In this document: positions 26,219-39,260 of the stretch, one piece after another
How the letters are laid out: each line of letters opens with the position of its first letter
Numbering within the stretch: the first letter of the stretch is position 1
NCBI GenBank assembly: GCA_973895155.1
Contig: OZ316893.1
Location: forward strand, 22,031,717-22,095,716
From: Marsupella aquatica
Taxonomy: Eukaryota; Plantae; Marchantiophyta
Direction of reading: 5' to 3'
Length of the DNA stretch: 64,000 nucleotides
Position numbers and translations under genes: made by a program
Notes under the pieces: model-generated
Told to the model about the DNA's origin: nothing
Databases searched by the model: none
Seen by the model: only the letters and a program-made list of their open reading frames with translations

Positions 26219-27339
26219 AACATTGTCCATTGGGTGGGCCAGCATTTGTTTCAGTGGGTAAAATTCCCTACATCCCGGCTCCTTCAAAAAGTAATGGTCA
26301 CCTTGGGCACAAATTTGTTAGTGTTTTTCATCTTCAATTAGAGACTCTTGCATCTAGCCACAGACCCAATTGCCAGAATCTGACGGTTATCCTTAATAGA
26401 GTGAGACACTTCAAACCTCACTTATCTGATGAAATGGCATCTTCCGTCACACAAGGCCACATTAGCGACCATGGCTAAAAAAGAAAACTAAATGGACCCG
26501 TAAATAAACGTTAAATATTACGTTGGTGGGCTCTCTTGGCCGGACATGAATATCTCCTCTCCCTAATCCAGGGAAAAGATGACACTGGATACCGCACGGT
26601 GTGTAATTAACGAGCACCGATTTCGGGATTTTCAGGGACGCAGTGGATTCAGACGATCGAAATCTAACAATGAGCATATGTGTCATGGCTCTATATGGCC
26701 ACGCGAGCAAGGTACCGGAGCCCGAGACGAACTTCCCGAGAATACCGGTATGTCTCTCATTCACTTCCCGATCATTTTCTCTCATTTTATTCTCATTTTC
26801 TGCATTTTCTTTGAGTCGTAGATGGGCTACAACAACGGACGACTCAGATAAGTCTGTCAGATTATTTTTACCTTTTTAGAGTTAAATTCGGATATGAATA
26901 ATGGACAAAGGTCAACGAAAAAAACTTACCCGTATGTCACTCTGTCTGGTGTTGTCCGCTCGTTTGGCACTGTCGTGTCTGTCACCGGGTATAACGAACC
27001 GAACTACACTAATGATCATTTAGTTCTCATGATAAGAATATGCTGGACGGAATGATTGGTGTAAGGAAAAAATATTACTCCCAGAAGGGTCATTTTGATT
27101 CTACGGATTTTTCGTTTTCGCCACTTGGCTAATGTCACCTTGCCCGAAGGACAACATGCTAAGAATATTCCTCACCTAATTTCTTAGATAGTTTTTGGCA
27201 GTTATATTTTCCTTAATTTGGAAAAATTTTCTGTGAGGTGGGATATGGCAAATTGTTGTCACTTACAATCCTGGCTGCCACTTTAAAAGGTGACCTGTCA
27301 GAAATTTTTCTTTGTTTTTCACATTTCACCAAGTGCCCT

Positions 27340-28800
27340 CCTCTCAAATGCTACAGTTTTCTTTAACAGAGCTTGGGTCTGGTAGGACCTTAAATACACC
27401 CACAACTGCCCCTTCAAGAGCTGTGGGTTTCCCATAGAATCCAAATTTCACTACTAATAGAATTTTTTTCTTACAAGCATGGAGCAAACTGGCACCTAGA
27501 GGAACGATGAGAGGGGAATCCAACAAAGGGAGACATCTTGGGCACTTCTCCCTTAGATATAGATAGTTGTGCTTTAAAAGTTCCAAAGGTTACAAGTTAT
27601 TAACTCGTGAATTATGGGTTACAAACACAATCCTGGTGGACTTTGACATTAGTGTTCCCTTCTTTGAACAAAGCCTTGTTGGCTTGAGACATGGCCATAG
27701 GATACAGACGCTTCATAGACTGGGCACAAGAAAATAAAATTGATCAAATGGGCTTCATTGCTTGAGGATTGAGATGCCCTACTGATAGAAAGTCCTAAAA
27801 AGCGGTCATGGCTGAGAAAGTATACTTCTGTTTGATCACTGCGCCCTCAAAACATTTGCTGCAGGTATTGTGAATGACTGGGTCCAAAATGTGTCAATCC
27901 AAAAACAAATGGCTCACTGGCATTGGCTTTTGGATTGGCAAACTGGAAGTTCTGGAAATCGAAAAGGAAACCATGACCAAAGAATTTGTGCATGCCAGAT
28001 TTTCAGTTGAAGATTTTCTGGAGTTCATTTGCAGCTGGATTGGTGAGATGGGACAATTGACACTTTCATACACCTAAAATAGGGGCTACCATTTTTCATA
28101 CATGATTCCCCTATCCCCTCCTCTCATATGTTTGCTCTCCTGCCAAGAACCTCTCTTGTGAAGATTGTTATTGTGATCGAAAGGCAACCAACTCAAGGGA
28201 GTGTTGTTTATCAGTCAAAGAGAAACCACTGGGAAACAAAATTATATTTGGTTTCAGAAAATAAATGTATAAGTAGGTGTTCTGACTTAGAATTACCCTC
28301 AGGCTGATGTTTTGAGTGATTGTAAGCCAGAACACCCTCTTGACTGGATGTTATTGTAATCCTAACTGATTATGACATTACCTATTCTGGCATTTTTGGG
28401 ACTGAAATCCCGATCTTCCCTTGTTCTTCCAGCTGGGATAATGCCCAGCCTTTTTTTGGCATACAACAGTTAAATTGTTCGTAATTTCTGGTATCCTTCC
28501 ACACACAATTCTAGTTACTAGCCCAAGTTCCATGTGTATGCACAGGAGGGGCTCTCCATCCCTGTCCTTCACAAACATGATCTAAAATATTAAAATTTTA
28601 AAGCCTAGGGTTTCATTCTATGAGTAGATCATGAAGGGTAGACTTCCGTTGCAAATAATACTATAATAGAATGCCAATGTCCACATGTTTTTGGCAGATC
28701 AATTATTTCAGTGAATGCTTAGGATATTTCCCACCCTGATAACATTTCATAAATGGACAATCCCCAGAATGGGCAATACTACAGTTGCTGATTTTGATTT
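27340..28800 (-). mobile_element. Probable degenerate LINE ORF2 remnant
   Basis: Patchy Trp/Cys-rich minus-strand peptides in broken frames, consistent with the post-RT region; no intact RT motif seen. Confidence 0.25.
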
Positions 28801-29011
28801 TCCCAGAAGGAGCTACAGTAAGTCAGATTTCAGCTCTCCAAGGTGAGACGGTCTAGGACCTACGCCCAAAGCTCACTAAGCCCTCGGATCACTAGTCGTT
28901 TCCGATCTAAGGGTCTAAAGATAGTACACGCATCCCCAAAACTTCACATTATGGTTACTACTTTCATCTGTGCACACTCGATCGTCATTCCGAATGTGCT
29001 CCTTTAACTGC

Positions 29012-29053
29012 AGTTAAGTTAAGTTAAGTTAAGTTAAGTTAAGTTAAGTTAAG
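29012..29053 (+). repeat. (AAGTT)n pentanucleotide microsatellite
   Basis: About 8 perfect units. Confidence 0.95.
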
Positions 29054-30088
29054 AGGCGACAGGAGACCGGACCGCTCTATTATGATTACCGAGCCCGAGG
29101 CCTAGCCCTAGGGCCACAGCTGGCCCCGCCTCCTCGTTCGCACCTCTGGCGCCTGCGCGGTAACTTCGGATTAACTTTGGGCAGGTAACAAGGCGCAGTT
29201 ACATTTCCATTTACAGTACAGTGAAACACTCCCTTTATACGAAATACTGTATAATGTAACTTTGATTAGTTACCGTGCCCCTTGGTCCTATCTTCATCGC
29301 CTTTCTGAACAAGGGGTCCGTAGAAAAGGCGGAGACGGGAGACCATCTCCGAAAGCAATTTATTGCAGCTCTGCTCTGTTATGCTATGCTCTGCTCTACT
29401 ACTGATGCAGTACGACTCCTATAGATCTCGATTCTCTGAAGATTTAATCATCAGTAGCACCAAATCTCGTGCAGCGCTGCAGCTGCAGAATGATGTGGAG
29501 GTTTGTGCAGCACGCAAATTGAGAATCTGTGAGTAGAGTTGAGCTCTAGGAAGTAGTGGAGAAGGACGGGATCGTGTTGGGCGTGATCGTATCCGTGCTA
29601 GGTCCTTTGCAGGCTGTTAAGGAGAGGCTGGATTGCGGGAAGTTCGGAGGAGCAGGAGCTCTCCCGATCCGTGTCGTAGTTCTCGTGAATTCGTCGACGT
29701 ATCTGCTCTGTTGAATTGGGCCGAGGGTTCCTTCCTTCTCCTGTGACCTGTGGTGGTCTTGAAAGGAATTCCGTCTGCTGGTTGTGGAGAGGGACTGTAG
29801 GCCTCACCTCGCCTGTGTATCGGTGGGATACTTGCAAGGTTTTGAGTCCCAGTCGTCAGAGTCAGGAAATTGTTTGGAATTGTTGGAATTGTTGCTTGAA
29901 GTGATATTAAAGTTTGAGAATTGGCTGCGGTGGCAACGAGGGAGTTGTTGGAGTGAAGTAGTACCCTTTGTTTTGAGGAGAGCCTCGCCCAGGCTGGACT
30001 GAAAGGTTTGCTGGTTTACGAGGGGGTTTGTGGTTGAAGGATAGATCTGCAGATGAAGAATTGAGGATTTAGGTGAAGACATAGAAAA

Positions 30089-32896
30089 ATGGCCTCTGCT
30101 AGCTTGCTAGGAGGTCCCAGAGGGTCTTTAGGGGGTCGAGCCGGGGGCTATACTACAATCCAATCGATCTTTGGACAAAGTGGTTGCACTCTCATAGTTG
30201 ATCGGGACCGGGAGAACGAGAGAACGTCGGCTCGGAGCCATGTCGGAGCTGTGGAGTCCTCTTCAGAAACGTTGTCTTGCAGCTTCTCTGGGTTTCAGAG
30301 TGCTCCTTCAAGGGGTGGATCTCGGTATGGTCTCCAAAATGATACCGCACCACCGGGGGGTGCATCTTCGAGACACGGAGGAGTTCCGAGCAACAGATTG
30401 TTCAGCAGCTCACCCGGTCTTTCGAGAGCAACGAGCGTTGGAATGTCAGCGGGTGAGAGCTGCTCTTCATCTGGAATACTCTACCCAGCTCCCATCCTCT
30501 GCAGGGTTTTGGAAGGAACGACTGCTAGAGTGCTAGGTTTACCTAATATTACAGGAAGATTTGGCCCGTCACTGAAGCCGCACAGGAGGAGTTTAGGTTC
30601 AGTGCCAACTAAAGGGAGTAGGGTAAGTGAAAATTGTTCCGGCGAGCAACGGAGATCTGTCAGGGCTATGGCTGTGAGTCCTGAGGACGGAAAGAAGGTT
30701 CTGAGAAGTCCAGAGTTCAGAGAAGCAGCTGAAATGCAAATGATGAAGGAGTGGAGCTCTAAACAGTTTCTAGACAACACAGGAAGCGAATCTGATGCTT
30801 CGTGGGAGCAACTCAACATGATTATTAGAGTCGTGTACGCTATTGGTACGTCCGGTGTCCCCTCTGCAGATTTCTATTATGTTTGTAGCTGTGAGTTGGA
30901 TGGAGCGAAGTTTCCCTGATAGAGTTCCTGGGACTCTGATGGAAATGAAAGTGCAGTAGTGGTATTGGAGGTCATCTTAGTTATGATTGTACAGGTCCTG
31001 TGTCCGGATTTCTCGTCTGTGCCTACCTAAGAGGGTTTCACATGCAGACAATTGCGCTGTTCCAATGTCAGAGGAAGTGAAGTGTAACAAATTGTGTCTC
31101 TATTCGTCTGCAGCCATGTATGGAGGTTTAGTTGTAGCGGGAAATGCCCTCTGCACCTTCACTGGAGTGGACTGTTGGGGTGGATTCAAACCATCCATTG
31201 AAACTTTTGTTCAAGCGCTGGGTTGGGCCATTCCCCCGATGATGGCCCTTCTTTTGATTCTCGAGGTATGTGAAATTGTTCACTTGTTCTCTTGCTTGTG
31301 GGTTGTTCATCATTTTAGTAGTTGTGCTTTTCCAAGGACGCCATTTTGCAACATCTTAACATCAAATTGAATTTGGCAGGATGAGGTGGTGAAGGTTTGC
31401 CCACCTGCGAGAGCCATTCGAGACGTAGAGGACGAAGAACTCATGGACTTCTTCGTCGGCATGAATCCGTGGCAGGTAAAGAGCACTACCTTGTAGACCG
31501 CATTACTCGGCGGTCATGTCTGTCCGTTTGGCACACCCATTTTGGATGGATCTGGTCCTTCTGGGTTTCGCTCCAACGATAACGGAACTCAAATGTAATC
31601 CGAGATTTTAGCCGTGGATTGCTGTGACTTTACCGACCCAAATGTTCATTCATGGCTGGGTTCTGCCGTTTTTAAGTGTTTCCATTGAGCTAGCAGCTTA
31701 CTCGTTTGTTGCTAATATTTGATGGTCGGTGTTTATACAGTTTAGCTTCGTCGTGGCCGCGGGATCGCTGGCAGAGGAACTTTTCTTTAGGGTTGCTATC
31801 CAAGGAGGACTTGCACATGCTTTGCAATTTACAGCGAAAGGAGCAGATGAAACTGTTATTGGAGTCTCAGCCTTGGTAAGATGACTTTCTCTTGTTTTGC
31901 TCCTTTTCCTTGCCTTAAGGACTGAGTGATACTTTCTTGAACGAATTTCACACACTTTGGGTTTAAATTCTCAGCACTGGCTTTCGAAACTAACTGATGG
32001 AGCGTCAGATCAGTGTAAAGTCTGTCGTTTTACCCGTCCGGGTTTGTGCTACATTTTTGAATTTCTGTGAAAAGCGAAGAAGAACGTGGGTCATCTCCAA
32101 CATCACCAGAGCGCTGGTCTTGATACTTCTGCAGAGTCACGAATTTCACACTACGATTTTTTGTTTTTGCAGACCACCATCATCCCTTTCTTCGCTCCAT
32201 TTGCTCAAGCTTTTGCAGCTGTTTTAACTGCCTCGCTAACAGGATCTATGTACTATATCATCTCTTGCCCAAAAGGTGAGTGTCACTATGAAGTTTCTTG
32301 TTCGAAATTGCTGTTTTTCTTTATTGTCGGTCCCCGAGAATGTCGATCATGGTTTCTCATTGGCGTGGACGTTTGGCAGATCCTACCTATGTTATTGCCC
32401 CAGTCTCAGTCAACAAATATGGCTGGAACAATAGAAGAGACATAAAGAAGCGAATTGAAGGTATTGCAACACGTCTTGTTGGCTTGAGCTGTTATTGCTT
32501 TGGCGCTAGAAGGAAATGGCGGTGGAGTATTTTCCCGTATGTTTCTAGAGCTGAGAGAGAAGCATGGACGAAGATGAACAGCTTGCGTTGATACTTCGCA
32601 GCTCTCTGATTTGACATGTCATCTGTGCAGCCTGGTATGAACGACGGCAGCTGAAGAAAATTTATTCTCCTCTCATGGAAGCGTTACTCGCCCTCTACCT
32701 TGGTTTTGAGTGGGTGCAAACGGGTAACATATTTGGCCCCATGATTACGCATACACTCTACTCTTTGGTGGTGGCTGGAAATGGTCTGCGCCGAATTCAC
32801 GACAACAGATTCAAACTTCGGCAAAGAGTGAGTGAGGTGACAAAACAGAAAAACGAAGTTACCTCAGAAGTTGGCTTCCTTGACAAGCTTAATTGA
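30089..32896 (+). CDS. BCM1: Chloroplast CAAX-protease-like (CPBP) membrane protein, BCM1/BCM2 (soybean G) family, 7 exons, ~529 aa
   Basis: Exons 30089-30845, 31114-31265, 31380-31475, 31741-31875, 32173-32275, 32380-32460 and 32631-32896 splice in frame (1590 nt). Recognised motifs: ARAIRDVEDEEL..FF.GM.PWQF, EELFFR, PFAQAFAAV.TA.LTGS, PKDPTYVIAPV, AWYERRQLKKIYSPL.E.LLALYLGFEWVQT. Long Ser/Gly/Arg-rich N-terminus. Confidence 0.92.
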
Positions 32897-34374
32897 AGAA
32901 GCCCATATGATGACTTTATTGAGGGAAACAGGTGACTTAGTCGGACCTGTGAAGCAGTTTTGTTTACTTCATAACCTACTCTTGTATCTTTAGAGCCAAA
33001 GAATCTCAGTATGGTGTGCGTGACTGCGGCTTTCTTGTAATATGAACGGTTTACAGCATCGATCGCAGGAAAAATTAACCTACTGATGCTGTATGACACT
33101 AGACGCCTTCGAAATGGAGGTTGATTTTTCATTTCTTTTCCTCGCAGAGGAGATGGAAGTGTGCTTAGAGTGAGCCGTTGAATGAGAGTCTAAGGAATTC
33201 TTGTTTTAATACAGTACATAGTTCATCACTCCGTGGAAAGTGTAATTGTAAATTTTATAAATGTTCACCATTCCATTGGTCAGAAATCTTACTTTGACTA
33301 TACTTTGTGCACTGCTCTTTGGATCTGACATTATCAGATGTCCTGCCTATCCTGTCGTAGGTTTACCTGCTCTTTTGGAAATGTCATGCGTGCAATCTAT
33401 GGTCTTGTTATGCAAGCAAGAGCAACATAATTGTTTCATAACGTGGCTTGTGATACTGGCCTGAGCTTTTGGTGTACTTGCCTAGAAGAAGAACTCTTTC
33501 AGCTGCCTGCAAGTTTGGCAGAGCAGGGATGATGTCTTGACCTCTACGCTCTTCACCATTATTGGTAAGAGTTTAAAAAATGGAACCGTAGAAGGTCACT
33601 CATACGTGAAGTGCACTTCCATCTGGATAAGTCATCACTTTACGAATCTGCCTTACAGCACAATGTTTGACCAAATAGTGGACAGATTTTCAAGTCATAG
33701 TCTATTTTGAAATGTAGCTTTTATATTGGAATAAATGTGGTATAAATGTCCAAACTTTTTGGTACCAAAAATGTGAGGTCCATTGGAATTTTTAGTTCTG
33801 TTTGAGCCTCTCCCCTGGCAGTCACTACCTAATAAATAACCTTAGACTAAGAATTTGTAAGGGTACCCATCACCCACTATAAATCAGGTGTTTATAATAC
33901 TGTACCAACCCTGGAGTGCCAGACCTCACTGTCGGACTCTCATCAGGGCAGGAACTAGTCATATATATACCTGCAAATCGCTCGCCCTTGCCCTTGTGCC
34001 CCTCATCTGCAAAGAACTCTTGTGCTTGCCCCAAATTAGGTGAAATTGGCCTAGCTGAGGTTTGACCCTGCAACCTCCTTCCCATAAATGAAGGCCTTAC
34101 CCGGTTTAGCTGAAAATTTAACCCAATTTCTGTCACAAAAATGGGACAGAAATGTGCGGTGCTGCCATTTGTTTCATTTGTCTTACAAAGAAGGCCAGGA
34201 CCTTTTGCTGCAGGTAGTGTCTACTATAAACAACCTTCTTGGTCAATCACAAGTTCCCATGCTCACATATGAAGTACTCCAGGTAACCAGTAGTACTCAT
34301 TTCACACATAGACCGGTGTATATATGAACGAGCATATCATGTTGTCAAGAATGTTTTAGTATCAGTGTCATCAT

Positions 34375-34466
34375 ATTAGCTTACCATACGGGGTTAAAAG
34401 TACTAGTAACTTGCCATCAAATTAGCTCACCATAGGGGGTTAAAAGTACTAGTAACTTGCCATCAA
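34375..34466 (+). repeat. Tandem duplication of ~46 bp
   Basis: ATTAGCT.ACCATA.GGGGTTAAAAGTACTAGTAACTTGCCATCAA occurs twice. Confidence 0.85.
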
Positions 34467-35713
34467 CGCATTCTTTAGAGTAAAGTACAAGTTTGACATC
34501 ATCAAAGCACCTTTTAGTGATGGTGGAACATTATTCTGACAAATATAGAAAATGTGGAGAATAGTGGATGACTTTGAATGTAACAGAGGTAATGGTAGTT
34601 TTCAAAGTCTTGGGTGGATGGGAATTTCTTCCCAAGCACAAAAGCTTTGCTTTTTTTTGTGTGGAGAAAGGGATTTGGTCCAAATAGGTTATCAGAGTAG
34701 AAAAACTCCACAGAATACAAAGGACCAAAGACTAATTGGTAGGGAAAAAGAATTTAAAGGATACAAGCAATGAATTTTATATGAATTGGACAACACCCTG
34801 TCAAGGGGGGTGTTCTAGCTTATAATTACCCGATGTGACTGGGTATTGACAAACTTAAATCACTCAGGGTAGTTTCAAAAAGTTATTTCATGATAGAAAT
34901 AGTCTTACCTTTCTGCCTTACCAGGAATCCTCATAACACATCCGCCAGCCTGGCCTATGTGTTATCAATTGTTCATGATACATACCTCCATCATTCTGTC
35001 ATAGGCATTCAGCAAATACAAAGTGAAAATATCCAAAGTGCTTTAAGATATATTAAGGACATGCTTGTGCACAACGTGCCTTAGATTTTTGTCAGTCTCC
35101 TTACTTAGTTTACCAATTTTTGTGCCTTACTCTACGCCTTTGGAAGAAAATACCTTGGATCTTTAATAAAACAAATTAAATCCAAAACAGACTTTGTTGC
35201 AAGACAAATAAAGCACCCTAAATCTTTTTAAAATTTTAAAAAGTGGATAGTTCTTTATTGCAAGTACCCTGATCTTTTCTCAGTCTCCTTAGTTGTGTGC
35301 TCAAGTGGTTTGTTGTGGCCCTTACGTGCATATATCTCCAACTTGAAGAGGATCCGTAAATAATTGCAGGGAGTGGAAGAGTCATAAGCTTGGATGGGAT
35401 CCCAAAATGTTCTTTGTGTGAACGTTGTTTTTTTCCCTTCCAATTCCATGTCTTCCGGATTAAAATATTTGTTTCTGTACATCCCATGCAAGCTGAGAAA
35501 TCCTATCCAAGAAAAAAGGTCTGGGCTTATTATAGCTCTAACTTCAGTACTTACAGGATGATACATAGCAAATCAGGAAGGAACATTTTGAAAGCAGAAA
35601 AAGTACAAGGAGTGGAATGATTTGGAAGTAGAAACAGTAGTAACAAACAGAACCTGAAAACCCCTTCGAAGACCAAAACCTGAGTGTCCACGACAAGGGG
35701 GCAAAAGAACTAA

Positions 35714-36051
35714 GGGCCGTCTTGCATGTGCAAGACTCCTGAAAAAAATGACCCTTAGCAACGCACAAATGATGGGAGAAAGTGCATGACAGATTCCTAA
35801 CACAATCAAGAACGGGTTGTGACTTGCCCACTCAGTCGCGAAGTCAGTATCCAATATGTGTTACATCTACGGTTTTGTTTTATTAAGATTTCAAGGTTCA
35901 GGACCTCAAGGGCCGGAAAATTTTCTGGCCCTTGCCCTTGCATCTCAACAAAAGACGCTGTCAGGACTGCCGCACTCTCGCTTCTTGAACTCATGCCACG
36001 GGTTCATTTCAGGGCCGATGTGCAAAGGACCTTGCACATGCAAGACGGCCT
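35714..36051. mobile_element. PIF/Harbinger (Tourist-like) MITE with TAA TSD
   Basis: TIR GGCCGTCTTGCATGTGCAAG / CTTGCACATGCAAGACGGCC (20 bp perfect), with TAA at 35711-35713 and 36052-36054. A related end lies at ~20747-20764. Confidence 0.85.
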
Positions 36052-37011
36052 TAAAGCCTCACTCAAAGGAGAAAACAAGAGAAAAACCCTGGAAGACCAT
36101 AGAGCCAAAACCAGTGGGTGGCACACAAGGGCAAAAGAACTAAAGCCTTAGTATAAACTAAAAAGCCAGGAAGACTCTAGAGCCAAAACCAAAGAATCCC
36201 TCATAATCCCAAAATTGACTCAGCTGAAAAGCCTGTTAGACTTCTTGCAGCATTTTTCCCTTCCCTTGGGTTGTTTTGCCTTTGGGACTATGTCTCCCTG
36301 TTTGGGTTTCTGTTTTCTGGCATTTTGATATATATAGGAAGACTAGAGAACCAAAATCTGAGAGTACCCCACAACTGCAAAAAAACTACAGCCTTACACT
36401 AAACTGAAAAGCCAAGCCAGGGAAAGCTCAGGATTAAATAGCAAAGGAGGAGGAAACCAGGAAACACAAACCATTTCCTTACGTCGCTAGTTCAAGGGTG
36501 GTTTAGGAGGTGCAAATGCTCAAAGGAAAGCCTTCCAGCACAAGGATTTAACACTGTAGCTTTCGTGTGCCGTAATCCTCTCCCAGTATGAAGTTGGCTT
36601 GCACCTCTTCCGTGAAGAATGACGGAAGCCTTCCAATGCAAGAGAAGAATCCGCTGCAGCAGCAACAGCAGGAGTGGAAAGGCACATCCAGAAAGTATTT
36701 GGGTTTGGGGAATTCCCATCTAGAAGGGAGAAAAAATTGGATAGAAAGGTGATCGTTGGATTGGTGATGGTTGTATTGGAGACATATGATGTGCGAGAAT
36801 TCGTGATGGAAATGTATGAGAGGCGATGTCGAAAAGTTCGAAGTCAGGATGAGTAAGATCCCGTGCCAATTTTGATTTGCTCAGGGCAAGTGAATCGCAG
36901 AAGTTGATGGTCGAGGAGAGGAAGGCCACTGGTTTAGGGTAATTAGTCTAGAGGAAAACTGGTTTGGCAGCGAAGGAGATAATTGCCTTAGCCGAAAGAA
37001 ATTGTAGCAAT

Positions 37012-39260
37012 ATGAGTTTCCTGCCCGGAAGGATGGCTGCCACCGAGGGGGCGTTCTTCAGAGAGCAATCCAAGGCTGCGGCCAAGCTTTTGAAGGAGAA
37101 AATGGATCCCCAAAAATTGGCTGAAAAGACCCCATCTCCCAACGCCAATGCCAACGCCGATGCGCTCCCCGAGATTCTTATGCACACTCCTCCGACTCCG
37201 CCTCCTGGGTTCTCTCCACCTCCAGTGGCTGCGAAACGGCCTCCCTCACCTGTGCTCGAGGGATCCACCTTGGCCGGGGTTTCTCAGTCTATTATGAAGC
37301 AAGTGACCAAGGCAGACGGCCCACCAAAACTTGGGCTTTCTAAGCTCATTGGGAATGATCCAGTAGAGCTGTTTTCGACGAGCGTTCCTCGTGAAACAAC
37401 GTTTGGACCGAGCCGGTGAGTTGGGTTGTCGAATGTCGATTTTGTGGAAGGCCAGGGAATGGCAAATTTGATGTGATTGAATTCTAGGGGTGATTTTCCC
37501 TTCACCAAGAGATTGCCAGTTTTTGAACCCTTTGGAAGGGACTGACCTAATTGGAAAGTGATAGTAGAATATTATGTGGTAGAATCTGTTCCTAGCTCGT
37601 AAAGCCCGGTTCTTCGCCTTCGTTGCCTACAAATTAAACTCTTACTTCTTACGCTTCGTACCCTGCTCGTGGTGAGGCCATTATCAAATTCATTGTTGTT
37701 TATTCATGGTCCTAGTTGAATTTTGCTGTACCGCAGATTTCTAAGTGACTTGGTGTACTTATCCATTACTTATCCATTCAAGTACATTGAAGAATGAACT
37801 ATGACGTTGCTTTCGTCAATCAGGTGGAATGTGGAGCATACACCAGGGTCTCAACCAGTACCGTCCACAGCCAACGCTGCCAGGTTGGAAGCCGAGGCAA
37901 TAGTTGATCCTCCGACTCAGGAAGAGGTCAGGGAGGGCATTCTTGCAGGTAAGTTCATTCCAGCTGCATCGGGAAAGGAGAGCTCCCTGTAATACCCCAA
38001 AATAGACAAAACTACCTCGATGATGAAGTGACGGTGACGAATCTCAGCTTCTTTATATGCTGCATTCAGTAGCTCAAGATGTGACCTTGATATGAGATGC
38101 AATTGAGGTGGATTGTCCACTTACTTGATAAACCTGGATGTGTTTATGTCCGTCCGCAGCCTTACACTTTCCATTCATATTTTTGGTTGGTTTTACAGTT
38201 GCTAAGGCTTTTGGGGTCGCAACGACACTGGTCTTTGGAGGTGCAGCACTTGGTATTGGCTATTTGGGGTATCGCCTGGAGTGGCACTCGGTAAGATGGC
38301 GTTCAGCCGTACTCATGTAATATGCACCTGGCAATTTTGTCCATAAATTTTAACAGCGATCAAAGTCTACCTTGAATAACCTCTAGAAGGAGAAATATTA
38401 TTTCCTCTTGAGGTCTGTGAAAACTTGGTATCATCCTGAAAGGGACTAACAAGGTTATCATGGAACTTGATTGACAGCTTGAAGATATTAAAACTAAGAG
38501 CCGTGCGGTGATGGTTCCACGCGTGGAGTCCATACGAGAATGGTTTAAACCTTCACAGGAGTGGGTATGTGTCCACGTATGGTTGTGCAAGTTCTTCAGT
38601 CGTAAAGCTTTTATGAAATTGGTGGAAAATGTAAAGCATTAGCCACTGTAGCTAGCAAGTACGAAAAGTTAAATTATTGATCTCTCCTTGTGCCCTGTGC
38701 CCATTTTGGTTACAAAATCTAACTAAGAGTCTATTTACGACACTCGCACATTACCTTCTGTAGGATCTGATCTAATATCAATGATCAAGTCCATTGAGTG
38801 TAACGGTCAGTGATGTATATAGGCTGGAGTCATGATAGAGGCGGTATGAGAGGCTGGAGTCATGGACTTCTTATTCGTTTGTTAAGACATTTGTAAACCT
38901 GCCCTGAAATATCTGCCTTTCTTTCCTAGTAGTCTCAGCTTTTGCGCAGAGTGATGCATTTACCTCCAGGAACCTGACTATGCAAGATAAGATTTCAAAC
39001 ATTTTGGTAGTGGATGGATTTCCCGGAAAGCCCTCCAGGGTGGAATGTTGAAAATTGCACCTTATAGATCATGTTTCATCTTACTTACGAGCCTGCTTGT
39101 CTGTGGGTGACAGGCTTATCAGAAAACAGAGAAATGGAAGATCCAGGAAGCAGAACGGCAAGCTCTAGGGGTTGAATTTGCAAATTCTTTGGGAGTGCAG
39201 CCCGCAGATCAGCTAAAGGCGAGAAACAATGTAGATCAGTCCAACAGACAACGGGCTTGA
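37012..39260 (+). CDS. Conserved uncharacterised plant single-pass membrane protein, 5 exons, ~284 aa
   Basis: Exons 37012-37415, 37824-37948, 38199-38290, 38478-38564 and 39114-39260 join in frame (855 nt). Motifs MSFL.GR.AATEGAFF, AD.LPEIL.H, FGP.RW, STAN, KAF..AT.LVFGG and EDIKTK resemble a plant family of unknown function that I recall. Confidence 0.8.
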
